From Bacilli bacterium (lineage in GTDB: Bacteria; Bacillota_I; Bacilli_A; RF39; UBA660): a DNA stretch of 64,000 nucleotides. Within the stretch, counting starts at the first letter, position 1; the number at the start of each line of letters is the position of its first letter. This document shows, piece after piece, positions 38,052 through 47,018 of the stretch. The position numbers were made by a program, and so were the translations under genes. The DNA lies in the NCBI GenBank assembly GCA_017548925.1, contig JAFYYX010000001.1:828658-892657 (forward strand), read 5' to 3'. The notes beneath the pieces were generated by a model that was not told where the DNA came from, did not search any database, and saw only the letters and a program-made list of their open reading frames with translations.

Positions 38052-38603
38052 CTAATTATTACTTTTATAAATACCATGAATTTTTTCAAGGTCACTATCA
38101 GTAGGTTGTTCTAAAACCCATTTATTTTTCTTTTTGTTTAAAAAAAATACAATATTGTAATCCACCCTATCTTTAGATTCATACATTAAATTTAGTTTAT
38201 AATTAATGTATTTATCGTTGTTAAATTTATCATCATTATCATAAAATTCTTTTAGATTTGTAGATAAATAATTTGTTGCTGCTTCATCAGCTTTATTTAA
38301 ATCATAAACATTTATATTAACAGTAATTAAGGCTTTATCACGATCATACTCTTCAGTTAATATGGTATATTTTAAATCTTTATATTGTCTTAATAATATC
38401 TTCTTATACATTTTTTTATTTAAATCACTAAACTCATTATTTTCACTAATAGTTTTATTTAAACTTTCTTTTACATCACTAGTTAAATTAACATAATTAT
38501 TTAAGTAAGCTTTAACAACATCACTTGCAAGATCTTTTTTAATGCAACCAGATACTAAAAAAAGTGTTAGTATAATAACTATAATCTTTTTCATATTCAC
38601 CAT
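38052..38603 (-). CDS. Lipoprotein of unknown function.
   Basis: Lipobox LFLVSGC after a basic n-region. 183 aa. Confidence 0.55.
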   Translation of the reverse strand: MVNMKKIIVIILTLFLVSGCIKKDLASDVVKAYLNNYVNLTSDVKESLNKTISENNEFSDLNKKMYKKILLRQYKDLKYTILTEEYDRDKALITVNINVYDLNKADEAATNYLSTNLKEFYDNDDKFNNDKYINYKLNLMYESKDRVDYNIVFFLNKKKNKWVLEQPTDSDLEKIHGIYKSNN

Positions 38604-38881
38604 TACCTTTCAGTTATTATACTCAAATATATTATTTAATATTCTTATTATTATCTTTAAATAAATATTTATAATAAATAAAAATGTATATAAAATAAAA
38701 TATAAAATAGATTAAATTTACTTTAATAGAATAATAAATTCTTAAGATTAATGATTCTTTAAATCTAAGAAAATTAAAGTTTATTGAAAAAATAAAGAAG
38801 ATGAATATAGTAAAGATTATACCTACTATTTTATAAAAAAATTTAATCATAAATCCTCCTTAAATAATTATATTTAATTAG

Positions 38882-39481
38882 GTGATAAAATTGCTTTTTT
38901 ATACGTTATATATATTTATTTTTGCATCACTTATAAAGTTACTTAATATAAATATTATCATTGAAATTATTAATATTATATTTTATTATTCTAGTAATTC
39001 TGTATATTTTATTGGAATAATACTCGGTATTATCTTAAAAATATTAAAAACGAATAAGTTGAAAAATATCAATAAATATTTATTTTTAATATTTATTGAT
39101 ATTACCAAAATTATTTTAATTAAATATAACTTATTATTTATTCTTATTAGTTTAATAATTACTATTTTTATTATTAGTATTAAGAATATTAATAAAGTTA
39201 TTTTATATATTTTATATTTAATTTTTCCAATTAGTTCCTATATTTTTATATATAAACTTAAAAATATAAAAAATTATTATCTTATAATATTTCCATGTTT
39301 AGTTTATGTAATATTCAAGTATTATAAGATAATTATTAACTGTAGCTATAAAAATATCATAGGTTTTATAATATTATTTATGTTAAGTTATTTCCTATTT
39401 AATAATAATACTAAAAAAAGAAATATCATTATAATATTTCTTTTATTTATATATCTATTATATTTTTTTATTCTTGTGTAG
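38882..39481 (+). CDS. Putative polytopic membrane protein (Ile/Leu/Tyr-rich).
   Basis: A 199 aa ORF in a region of extreme AT content. Five to six hydrophobic segments. It could be a spurious ORF in AT-rich DNA. Confidence 0.3.
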   Translation: MIKLLFYTLYIFIFASLIKLLNINIIIEIINIIFYYSSNSVYFIGIILGIILKILKTNKLKNINKYLFLIFIDITKIILIKYNLLFILISLIITIFIISIKNINKVILYILYLIFPISSYIFIYKLKNIKNYYLIIFPCLVYVIFKYYKIIINCSYKNIIGFIILFMLSYFLFNNNTKKRNIIIIFLLFIYLLYFFILV

Positions 39482-40583
39482 TATCTTCAAGTTCTAAGAT
39501 ATCTTCTTCTTCAATAACATTTGATGTAATAGATGCAACATCTGCTCTATTAATATTATCAAACCTTTTAGATATTTTTTCACTCGTTGTATGAAGTTCT
39601 TTAACACTTTTAGATACGGTATCAATATTTCTTGATAGTTTATCCCATCTATCTTTATATCTAGAAAAATCAATTGATAATTTGTTAAGTTCATCATGAA
39701 TAACTTTAGCATACTTATCTCTTTCCATATTTTTTAGAATCATAGATATAATAGATAAAGTACTCATAAGTGTTGTTGGAGATGTAATCCAAACCTTTTT
39801 ATTATAAGCTTCTTTTAAAAGATCCTGATGATATGCATTTACTTCAGCAAATATCGCCTCAGCTGGTAAAAACATAATAGCTTCAGATGCTGTTTCACCA
39901 GGTAAAATATATTTACTAGAAATAGCTTCAATATGTTTTTTAAAATCAGATTTAAATAATTTTTCAGCAACTTTTCTTTCTTCAGAACTTAACTCTTTAT
40001 TAGTCATTCTTTCATAGTTTTCTAAAGGAAATTTACTATCAATTGCAATAGTACCTAGTGGTGCTGGAGCATAAAGAATAGCATCAGCAATAAACCCATT
40101 AGATAGTTTATGCTGCATTTCATATATACCACTATTATTATCACCAAATACATTAGATAAAATATATTGTAGATTTACCTCACCAAAAGTACCACGAGTT
40201 TTTTTGTCTGTTAAGACACTTTGAAGTGAAACGATATCAGTTGAAAGTGAATCAATTTTCTTTTGTGCTTCATCAATTTTTGTAAGTCTTTCTAATACAT
40301 TATTAAATGTTTTATTTGTTTTTTCAAAATTTTGATCTAATCTTTCATTAACCCTATCATTAATGCGATTAAGTTTAATTTCAATTCTTTCATTTAGTTT
40401 TTCAAAATCTTCTCTTAAATCCCTTGAAAAATCATTATTAAAATCAGCTATATCTTTAGCAATATTAGTTTCAAGCCTTCCCATTCTTTCAGTTATATCA
40501 TTAGATCCATTATTTCTAAGAAGAATAATTAAAACAAGTATAATAGCTAAAATAAGTAAACCAATTATTACATAATCAATCAT
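39468..40583 (-). CDS. rmuC: DNA recombination protein RmuC family.
   Basis: An N-terminal TM helix, a long coiled coil, and a C-terminal RmuC-type region (ADAILYAPAPLGTIAIDSKFPLENYERM). Confidence 0.6.
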   Translation of the reverse strand: MIDYVIIGLLILAIILVLIILLRNNGSNDITERMGRLETNIAKDIADFNNDFSRDLREDFEKLNERIEIKLNRINDRVNERLDQNFEKTNKTFNNVLERLTKIDEAQKKIDSLSTDIVSLQSVLTDKKTRGTFGEVNLQYILSNVFGDNNSGIYEMQHKLSNGFIADAILYAPAPLGTIAIDSKFPLENYERMTNKELSSEERKVAEKLFKSDFKKHIEAISSKYILPGETASEAIMFLPAEAIFAEVNAYHQDLLKEAYNKKVWITSPTTLMSTLSIISMILKNMERDKYAKVIHDELNKLSIDFSRYKDRWDKLSRNIDTVSKSVKELHTTSEKISKRFDNINRADVASITSNVIEEEDILELEDTTQE

Positions 40584-40595
40584 TATTACTCACCC

Positions 40596-41198
40596 CTAGT
40601 CATTTAATTTATATTTTTTATTTACTATCTTACTAATTAAATATCCACCAACAAGCATTAGACCAATTATAATTAAATATTTTGGGCTTTCAAAACATTT
40701 AATTAAACTAACGCCAATAAAGCCCCAGAATACTGTAATAAAAATCTTAGCAATTGCCTCAGCTGCCATATATTTTTTAAGTGGCATATTTGATAGTGCG
40801 GCAAATAGATTTATCATTACTCCAGGAGTAAATGGAAGAGATATTATGGTTGTAAGTGTTTCAAATTTAATATTTTTATATCTAGTCATTATAGAATTAA
40901 GTTTTTTTCTATCTTTATAAAATTTTTGGGCTTTATTTTTAAATAGTTTACTTATAACAACATAAAAAAGTAAACATCCTAAAACAGAACATATATAAGA
41001 TAAAATAAATCCAATTACATAACCAAATATAAGTAAATTAATAGTAACAAAAACAAACATTGGTAAAAATGGAAGTAGTGGTTCTATTATAATAAGAGCG
41101 CAACAAACTAAACCACCCCATAGGCCAGCTGTTTGTAACCAATCATTCAAATTGTTAATTAAATTATTAAAAAATCCCATAACAATATTATAATACAT
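40596..41198 (-). CDS. DedA/TVP38-family membrane protein.
   Basis: 200 aa polytopic, with the motif FVFVTINLLIFGYVIGFILSYICSVLG typical of DedA/SNARE-associated proteins. Confidence 0.5.
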   Translation of the reverse strand: MYYNIVMGFFNNLINNLNDWLQTAGLWGGLVCCALIIIEPLLPFLPMFVFVTINLLIFGYVIGFILSYICSVLGCLLFYVVISKLFKNKAQKFYKDRKKLNSIMTRYKNIKFETLTTIISLPFTPGVMINLFAALSNMPLKKYMAAEAIAKIFITVFWGFIGVSLIKCFESPKYLIIIGLMLVGGYLISKIVNKKYKLND

Positions 41199-41239
41199 TT
41201 TATTAAATAAATAATTAATAAATGGTTAATTAATGTAAA

Positions 41240-41494
41240 TTATCTATTTATATTTGTTACATCATATCCATAAATTGATAATATATTTGTTGCTTTCTTA
41301 CTTTTAACCCCATTTTGACAAATTAAATAATATTTATTATTTTTGTTTAAATATTTATTATGATTAAATATTAATTCATTATATGGAATATTTATACTTC
41401 CATTAATATGTTTTTTTAAATACTCTTCTTTACTTCTTACATCAATTAATATTCCCATAGATAAATTAAAATTATTTATATTAATATTTTTCAT
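41240..41494 (-). CDS. Rhodanese-domain protein.
   Basis: LIDVRSKEEYLKKHINGSINIPYNEL...YLICQNGVKSKKA, with the active-site Cys. 84 aa. Confidence 0.7.
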   Translation of the reverse strand: MKNININNFNLSMGILIDVRSKEEYLKKHINGSINIPYNELIFNHNKYLNKNNKYYLICQNGVKSKKATNILSIYGYDVTNINR

Positions 41495-41582
41495 ATAATC
41501 ACCTGTTTTACACTATGAAAAATATTTATTAATAGTAATAATAAAAACACAAAAAAATATGAATTGATATCAATTCATATTT

Positions 41583-43961
41583 TTATTGTTCATCAAAGAA
41601 ATCATCAAAGAATTCATCATCAGATATAATATTATTATCATTAACGATAATGCTATCATTATCAACATTTATCTTAGGTTTATCAACTGCCACCTCAGGT
41701 TCATCATCAAATAATAATTCATCAGGATTAAATTCTTCACGAATAGTTTCAGGTTTTACATTATTAGTTTCTGAAACTTTTTCTTTAAACATAGGTTTAT
41801 CATTTTCAACCTTAGGTTTAATAGTTTCTCTTGGTTGATTATACGCACTAAGTGGTGCATCTAAAATATCATCTTCATCATCAAATAAGAAATCATCAAC
41901 CTTTATATTATTGTTTGAAATACTTGGTTTTTCTTCTTTAACTTCACTAATTTCTTCTTTAATAATATCTTTAGGTGTAGATGAATGTTGTTTTTGTTTT
42001 TCTTTTTCCTTTTGTTCTTCTTCATCAAGTTCTTTTAATTTTTGATCAATATCTTTCATCATTGCATCAATATCAATTGGTTTAGATTGATTAAAAGGAT
42101 TACTTGATTGAGGTCTTGGAGCAAAAGGATTAGAACCTCCAAAAGGACTTCCTCCAAATGGAGAACCACCCATAAAAGGATTTCCTCCCATAAATGGATT
42201 CATAGGAGCTCCACTGTTTCCAGCTTCTTCCATTTGTTTTTTCTTCATTTCTGTAACAAATTCTTTAACATCAAATAATTCAACATTATTTCTTCCTCTA
42301 GTTGGATATTCTGATTCAGGATAAACTTTACCCCAGTCCATTTCAAAATCCGGTACTAACTTAGATTTATAAGGATTACCTCTTTGTCTTATAAGAAGTG
42401 TTTCAAACATTTTCATTTTTTGTAAATCAGTAACTGAAATAAGTGGTCTAGTTGCACTTTTATCTTTTTCTTTAGCTTTAACTTCACCACATAGTTTACT
42501 AATTTCTTCAAGTGCAGTAATTTCAGTACTCATTAAGTATACTAAATTACCACAGTTACCTTTAATTGTATCTCCAACTTCTTTAGTATATACACTATTA
42601 AGTTGTGAGAAGTTTTGAATAATAAATGTAAATCTTATTCTTCTTGAACGAGCAGCTGATACCATTGAATCAACATCTTTAAGTGGTGGCATATTTGCAA
42701 ACTCATCAAGAATAAAGTTTGTTCTATAATTAAGTTTTCCACCATTTTCTTGAGCAACATCAATTAATGTTTCATAACACTGTTTTAAGAAGATAGTAAG
42801 TAGTCCATGATATGTTTTCTTTTCATCATGAATTGTCATGAATACTGCAGTTTTTTCACGACCAATACTTTTCATGTCAAAGTCACTATGAGAAAGCATT
42901 TCTGCTAAACTATCACGTGATGAGAAAATTCTAATTTTTTGTCTAAATGTAGATAAAATAGAACCTTTAGTATCTGTTGGAGCATTGATTGTATTACTTG
43001 CTAAAATATAAGCATTAGAATCTTCACCCTTAGAAGTAAAATAGTCTTGTAAGTATGTTTTAGGTCCAAATCTTTCTTCACCAACTGCACTCATGTAGTT
43101 AACTGAAGAAATATTTACTTCTTTTGGTTTAGCATCCATAAATAAACCGAGTGTTAAACCAGAAAAATAGTCAGCTGCTGAATCTTCCCAGAATGGATCA
43201 GCTTTACTATTTGGATCTTTTAAAATATTAAGTGCAACGTCATCTAGAAGTTCTAGTGCTTTATCTTTATTACCATTATGGAAATAATTATAAGGCATTT
43301 CTAGAGGGTTCCAACAATTACCATGTTCAGGTTCACGGAAGTTAAGTAAAATAATGTTATATCCTTTTTCTTTTAACATTGAACATGTTTGTTTATATAT
43401 TTCACCTTTAGGGTCAGTAATAATCATTGACTCACTATTTCTTGCAAGAAGTCTTACCATAGGTTTAACGATAGTTTCAGTTTTACCAGAACCAGTAGAA
43501 CCAATAATTAAGTTATGGGTTTCACCATTATCAACGTATACTTCTTTACCATTATTAATTAAAGTAATACCAGCTGCGTTAATAGAATCAGCTTTAGGAT
43601 TTACTTTTTCTACATCTTTACCGGTAATAATTTCTTTTTTATCAGCCCATTTAGCATAACCATCTGATTCTTTTTTAGCAAAATTTATTACTTTATCACC
43701 TTTTTTATCTTTACTAAAAATATATGATGATACAGATGTAAATACTAAAACTTCTCCTCCAATAAATAATATTATTGTTACAGGTAGATATGGAGGAATA
43801 AAAGCTTTAAAAGGCATTAAACCATAAAAAGATCCATTACTACCTAATGAAGCAAAATTTAAAACAGCTACACAACATAAATACAAAAGTAATATTGAGT
43901 AGATGACGAATATAATAAAATCTTTTTTCTCTACTTTAAATTTCAAGTTAAACTCCTCCAT
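41583..43961 (-). CDS. Type IV secretion coupling protein (VirD4/TraG/TraD family) with a low-complexity C-terminal tail.
   Basis: Two N-terminal TM helices. Walker A LIIGSTGSGKTE. Walker B NFILDEFANM. The C-terminus has NPFMGGNPFMGGSPFGGSPFGGSNPF repeats and an acidic end. Confidence 0.8.
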   Translation of the reverse strand: MEEFNLKFKVEKKDFIIFVIYSILLLYLCCVAVLNFASLGSNGSFYGLMPFKAFIPPYLPVTIILFIGGEVLVFTSVSSYIFSKDKKGDKVINFAKKESDGYAKWADKKEIITGKDVEKVNPKADSINAAGITLINNGKEVYVDNGETHNLIIGSTGSGKTETIVKPMVRLLARNSESMIITDPKGEIYKQTCSMLKEKGYNIILLNFREPEHGNCWNPLEMPYNYFHNGNKDKALELLDDVALNILKDPNSKADPFWEDSAADYFSGLTLGLFMDAKPKEVNISSVNYMSAVGEERFGPKTYLQDYFTSKGEDSNAYILASNTINAPTDTKGSILSTFRQKIRIFSSRDSLAEMLSHSDFDMKSIGREKTAVFMTIHDEKKTYHGLLTIFLKQCYETLIDVAQENGGKLNYRTNFILDEFANMPPLKDVDSMVSAARSRRIRFTFIIQNFSQLNSVYTKEVGDTIKGNCGNLVYLMSTEITALEEISKLCGEVKAKEKDKSATRPLISVTDLQKMKMFETLLIRQRGNPYKSKLVPDFEMDWGKVYPESEYPTRGRNNVELFDVKEFVTEMKKKQMEEAGNSGAPMNPFMGGNPFMGGSPFGGSPFGGSNPFAPRPQSSNPFNQSKPIDIDAMMKDIDQKLKELDEEEQKEKEKQKQHSSTPKDIIKEEISEVKEEKPSISNNNIKVDDFLFDDEDDILDAPLSAYNQPRETIKPKVENDKPMFKEKVSETNNVKPETIREEFNPDELLFDDEPEVAVDKPKINVDNDSIIVNDNNIISDDEFFDDFFDEQ

Positions 43962-43987
43962 TTATATTTTTAAATATCATATAAAGA

Positions 43988-44833
43988 TTATTTTTTAATC
44001 TTTATATTGTTTTTAAATGTCCTAAAAATAATTATACCAAATATTAAACCAAAAAACAAAGCATATAGTACATAAAGTACTACTTTAGATTGTTTCTCAG
44101 TTAAACCTTTATCACTAGTATTTTTATTCTTGTTTTTTTCACTACCATTATCTGGAACGCTCGATTTACCATTATCTGGATCTGTGTTAGAATTTGGATC
44201 ATTATTATCAGGAACAATAACATCATCAGGTTGTTGAATAATATTTTCATCAGGATTAAAGTATCTTTCATCAGCAAATGAAATACTAATTTCTCGGTTC
44301 TGATTCTTTCTTGTTATAATCCATGTATAAATATTACCACTATTTGAATCCGCATTTGAATTCAATACTTTTTTTGAAACTTTAACATTGATGGTTAATT
44401 TTGTAAGCCCTGGATATTCGTTAAAAACATTAGAAAAATCGTTTGCGTAAATTTTTGAATATGCATTTTCATCTTTAGCATCGATAACAACAAATTCATT
44501 AACAGATCTATAAGCAATATTACTATCTTGATAATCTTCTCCAAATCTATATGAATAAATTAATTTATCAGTTAAAAGTGTATTATACTTTTTATAAACA
44601 ATATTGTCATTTTCAATTTCAGTTCCAACATCACCTGTAATATCCTCAAAAGTGTCGTCATTATAATATGCTTTGTATGGATAACTACCCATTTGAATTT
44701 CAGAAAATTCATCACTATCAGTAGTAGTAATAACTGTACTCTCGAAAAAATCATTATCAACATCAATAGTATATGTGGCTTCACAACCAGATATAATAAA
44801 AATAGCAATTAACAAAAATAATATTCTTTTCAC
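43988..44833 (-). CDS. Lipoprotein with a C-terminal TM anchor. Conjugation/T4SS accessory candidate.
   Basis: Lipobox IISGCEA. Asp/Asn-rich ectodomain. A C-terminal helix VVLYVLYALFFGLIFGIIIF followed by basic residues. Confidence 0.5.
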   Translation of the reverse strand: MKRILFLLIAIFIISGCEATYTIDVDNDFFESTVITTTDSDEFSEIQMGSYPYKAYYNDDTFEDITGDVGTEIENDNIVYKKYNTLLTDKLIYSYRFGEDYQDSNIAYRSVNEFVVIDAKDENAYSKIYANDFSNVFNEYPGLTKLTINVKVSKKVLNSNADSNSGNIYTWIITRKNQNREISISFADERYFNPDENIIQQPDDVIVPDNNDPNSNTDPDNGKSSVPDNGSEKNKNKNTSDKGLTEKQSKVVLYVLYALFFGLIFGIIIFRTFKNNIKIKK

Positions 44834-44838
44834 TTTTA

Positions 44839-46941
44839 TTAACCCTTTCTTCCACTATTAAATGCTGAAATATACTTCTTTTTGCTGATACCTTTATGTT
44901 TATAATAATAACTCATATCAACAACATAATAGTTTTCTTTTTTAAGACTGGATAATTTAGAAAATTTTATTTGAGCATCTGCAGCACGTCCACTAAACTC
45001 AGCAACATAATATCCTTCATTTCCACCTTTTTTAGCATGTTTAAGAATTAACATAACATGTCCTGAATGCCATAAAACGTCACCTGGTTTTCCTATATGA
45101 GGATTAGATGCTTTAACAGAATACTTTTTAACATTCATATATTTAACTTGAGTTTGTGTCATGTTTACTCCACCATTTTTAAATACCCATGGTAAGAAGG
45201 TACCACAATCAAGTCCTTTATGATAATAACAACCATAACCATTTACACATTTCTTATAAGGAGTACCCCAATCTGGATGAGCCCCGTATGTATACATGCC
45301 TGTGGTCCCACCATACATATATGGAATTCTAACCCCATATGAACCGATTTTTTCAATGGTATACATAGCAGCAGTTACTACACCACACCTTGTTCCAGGG
45401 CCGGCTTTTGCAACAGCATCTCTAAGTCCATTATTAAACTCTTTAATTGAAGTTCCTTTTGAATTTAAAAGAGATTTTAATGATTTAGTAAACTCTTTTG
45501 CACTACTTGGAGTTACTTTTGGATTTATAGTACAACCACCACTATCTGGAGTTGAAGGTTCATCAGTTGCATAATTATTAGGATATAAAGAAATAATAGT
45601 ATTACTACTATAAAAATATTTAAGTAATTTCTCAGCATCATATTCTTTTTCAATAGCTAAATAGTATGCACCCCACTGACTCATTCCTCTACCATGAGCA
45701 GATTGTTTTCTCCAGTGGTCAATACTATAAGCTGAATACTTTTTTAAAAAGTCGAATGAAACTTCTACACTCTTTTGACATACAACAAAAGAATCATCCG
45801 TTTCCTTTCCACCACACGAAGATTTATGGGTAATATTATCCCATTCTATCCCTGCAAATTTTGGATTCGATGTTGAACCATTAACAAGGATAATTCCTGA
45901 CGTTTCATCAGCAGCTTGTTGATAAACACTATTTTTACTAACAGATGAACTAAATCCTAAATTATTATCGCTTGTATAATATCCATCTTTTTTATAATTT
46001 GATTGACTTACTGCCCAAAGAATTCTTGATCTAGAAGCAACAGCTCTTGCTTTTAGATACTCCATTGACTTAGTTAAATCTTTATCTTCGTGGTATAATA
46101 CAGCAGCTGTTGCTTCATCCAAAGTCCACTCATGAATAATTCCATCTTTAGTTTTAACCTTAACATTTTCACTAAAATCCATTTTCACATATGGGAATCG
46201 ATCTTGAAATCCAACATTAGATTTTGAAGAATTAATTAAAAGAACTACAAAAATAACTAGAATAATAACTAAAGTTACAATACCAACAACCATCCAAAAA
46301 TATGGGTTTTTAATTAGTGTTAATAACCATGATTTAGCAGCTTTTTCAGATCCAGCCTTAACTGCTGCTGTTTCAGCAGTTTTTTTAGCGCCTTCTGATG
46401 CAGCTTTTTTTGCGCCTTCAGAAGCAATTTTTTTACCGGCAGTTTCTTCAGTTTTTTTTGCAATCTCTGTCTTAGCACTATCTTCTAAAGATTTTTCCGC
46501 ATTTAACTTTTTATTTGGATTATTATATTGATTTTTTTTAAGATTATTAGGTTGAATAGATTCATTATTAAAGTTAGATTGTTCTTTTTTTAATCTATTA
46601 TTAATATTATCATATTCATTAGAACCAACTGAACTCGTACTTGAATCATGTTGATCATATTGATTAATTGGTGTAATAGAGTTGTCATCTTCAGATTCAT
46701 CAATTGAATCATCATTAAAATATTCAGGATTATTATCCATTTGGTTTCGAATAGATACTAATTTATCATATAAATCACTGTTACCTGATGGTGAATAAGA
46801 ATAATTACTTAATCCTACTTGTGATGCAATCGAAGCTAAAACTTCATATTCCAAATCTGAATTAGGAATTTCAATTCCTAGTTCACTTGCAAGAGATATA
46901 ATTTCATTAGTAAGTTTCATACCATCACCACTATTCAACAT
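44839..46941 (-). CDS. Bifunctional cell-wall hydrolase with a SpoIID/LytB-like domain and an NlpC/P60 peptidase domain (VirB1/CwlT analog).
   Basis: An N-terminal acidic/Lys-rich region, then the TM helix FWMVVGIVTLVIILVIFVVLLI. The SpoIID-like motif HGRGMSQWGAYYLA. C-terminal NlpC/P60 Cys and His contexts (GLDCGTF, WHSGHVMLI). The true start may be Met8 at 46920, which has a GGTGA RBS. Confidence 0.7.
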   Translation of the reverse strand: MLNSGDGMKLTNEIISLASELGIEIPNSDLEYEVLASIASQVGLSNYSYSPSGNSDLYDKLVSIRNQMDNNPEYFNDDSIDESEDDNSITPINQYDQHDSSTSSVGSNEYDNINNRLKKEQSNFNNESIQPNNLKKNQYNNPNKKLNAEKSLEDSAKTEIAKKTEETAGKKIASEGAKKAASEGAKKTAETAAVKAGSEKAAKSWLLTLIKNPYFWMVVGIVTLVIILVIFVVLLINSSKSNVGFQDRFPYVKMDFSENVKVKTKDGIIHEWTLDEATAAVLYHEDKDLTKSMEYLKARAVASRSRILWAVSQSNYKKDGYYTSDNNLGFSSSVSKNSVYQQAADETSGIILVNGSTSNPKFAGIEWDNITHKSSCGGKETDDSFVVCQKSVEVSFDFLKKYSAYSIDHWRKQSAHGRGMSQWGAYYLAIEKEYDAEKLLKYFYSSNTIISLYPNNYATDEPSTPDSGGCTINPKVTPSSAKEFTKSLKSLLNSKGTSIKEFNNGLRDAVAKAGPGTRCGVVTAAMYTIEKIGSYGVRIPYMYGGTTGMYTYGAHPDWGTPYKKCVNGYGCYYHKGLDCGTFLPWVFKNGGVNMTQTQVKYMNVKKYSVKASNPHIGKPGDVLWHSGHVMLILKHAKKGGNEGYYVAEFSGRAADAQIKFSKLSSLKKENYYVVDMSYYYKHKGISKKKYISAFNSGRKG

Positions 46942-46984
46942 ATATACATAATTATACTATATTTTATAATACAACTAAAGTTTT

Positions 46985-47018
46985 TTTAATATAAAAAAGG
47001 AGGATTATAATCCTCCTC
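46985..47018 (-). terminator. Intrinsic terminator overlapping the virB4 stop codon.
   Basis: A GC-rich 7 bp stem, aggagga/tcctcct, with loop ttataa, followed on the minus strand by UUUUU(A)UAUUAAAAAAA. Confidence 0.5.

Noticed and set aside
38632-38850. A 72 aa hydrophobic ORF on the minus strand
   Set aside because: I did not list it as a feature. It lies in extremely AT-rich sequence with repetitive Ile/Phe/Tyr codons and could be a chance ORF. I mention it only in a finding.
46998-47003. An AGGAGG sequence near 47000 as an RBS for the hydrolase gene
   Set aside because: It lies 57 nt upstream of the ATG at 46941 and forms the left arm of a terminator hairpin. The hydrolase more likely starts at Met8 (46920), which has a GGTGA RBS.
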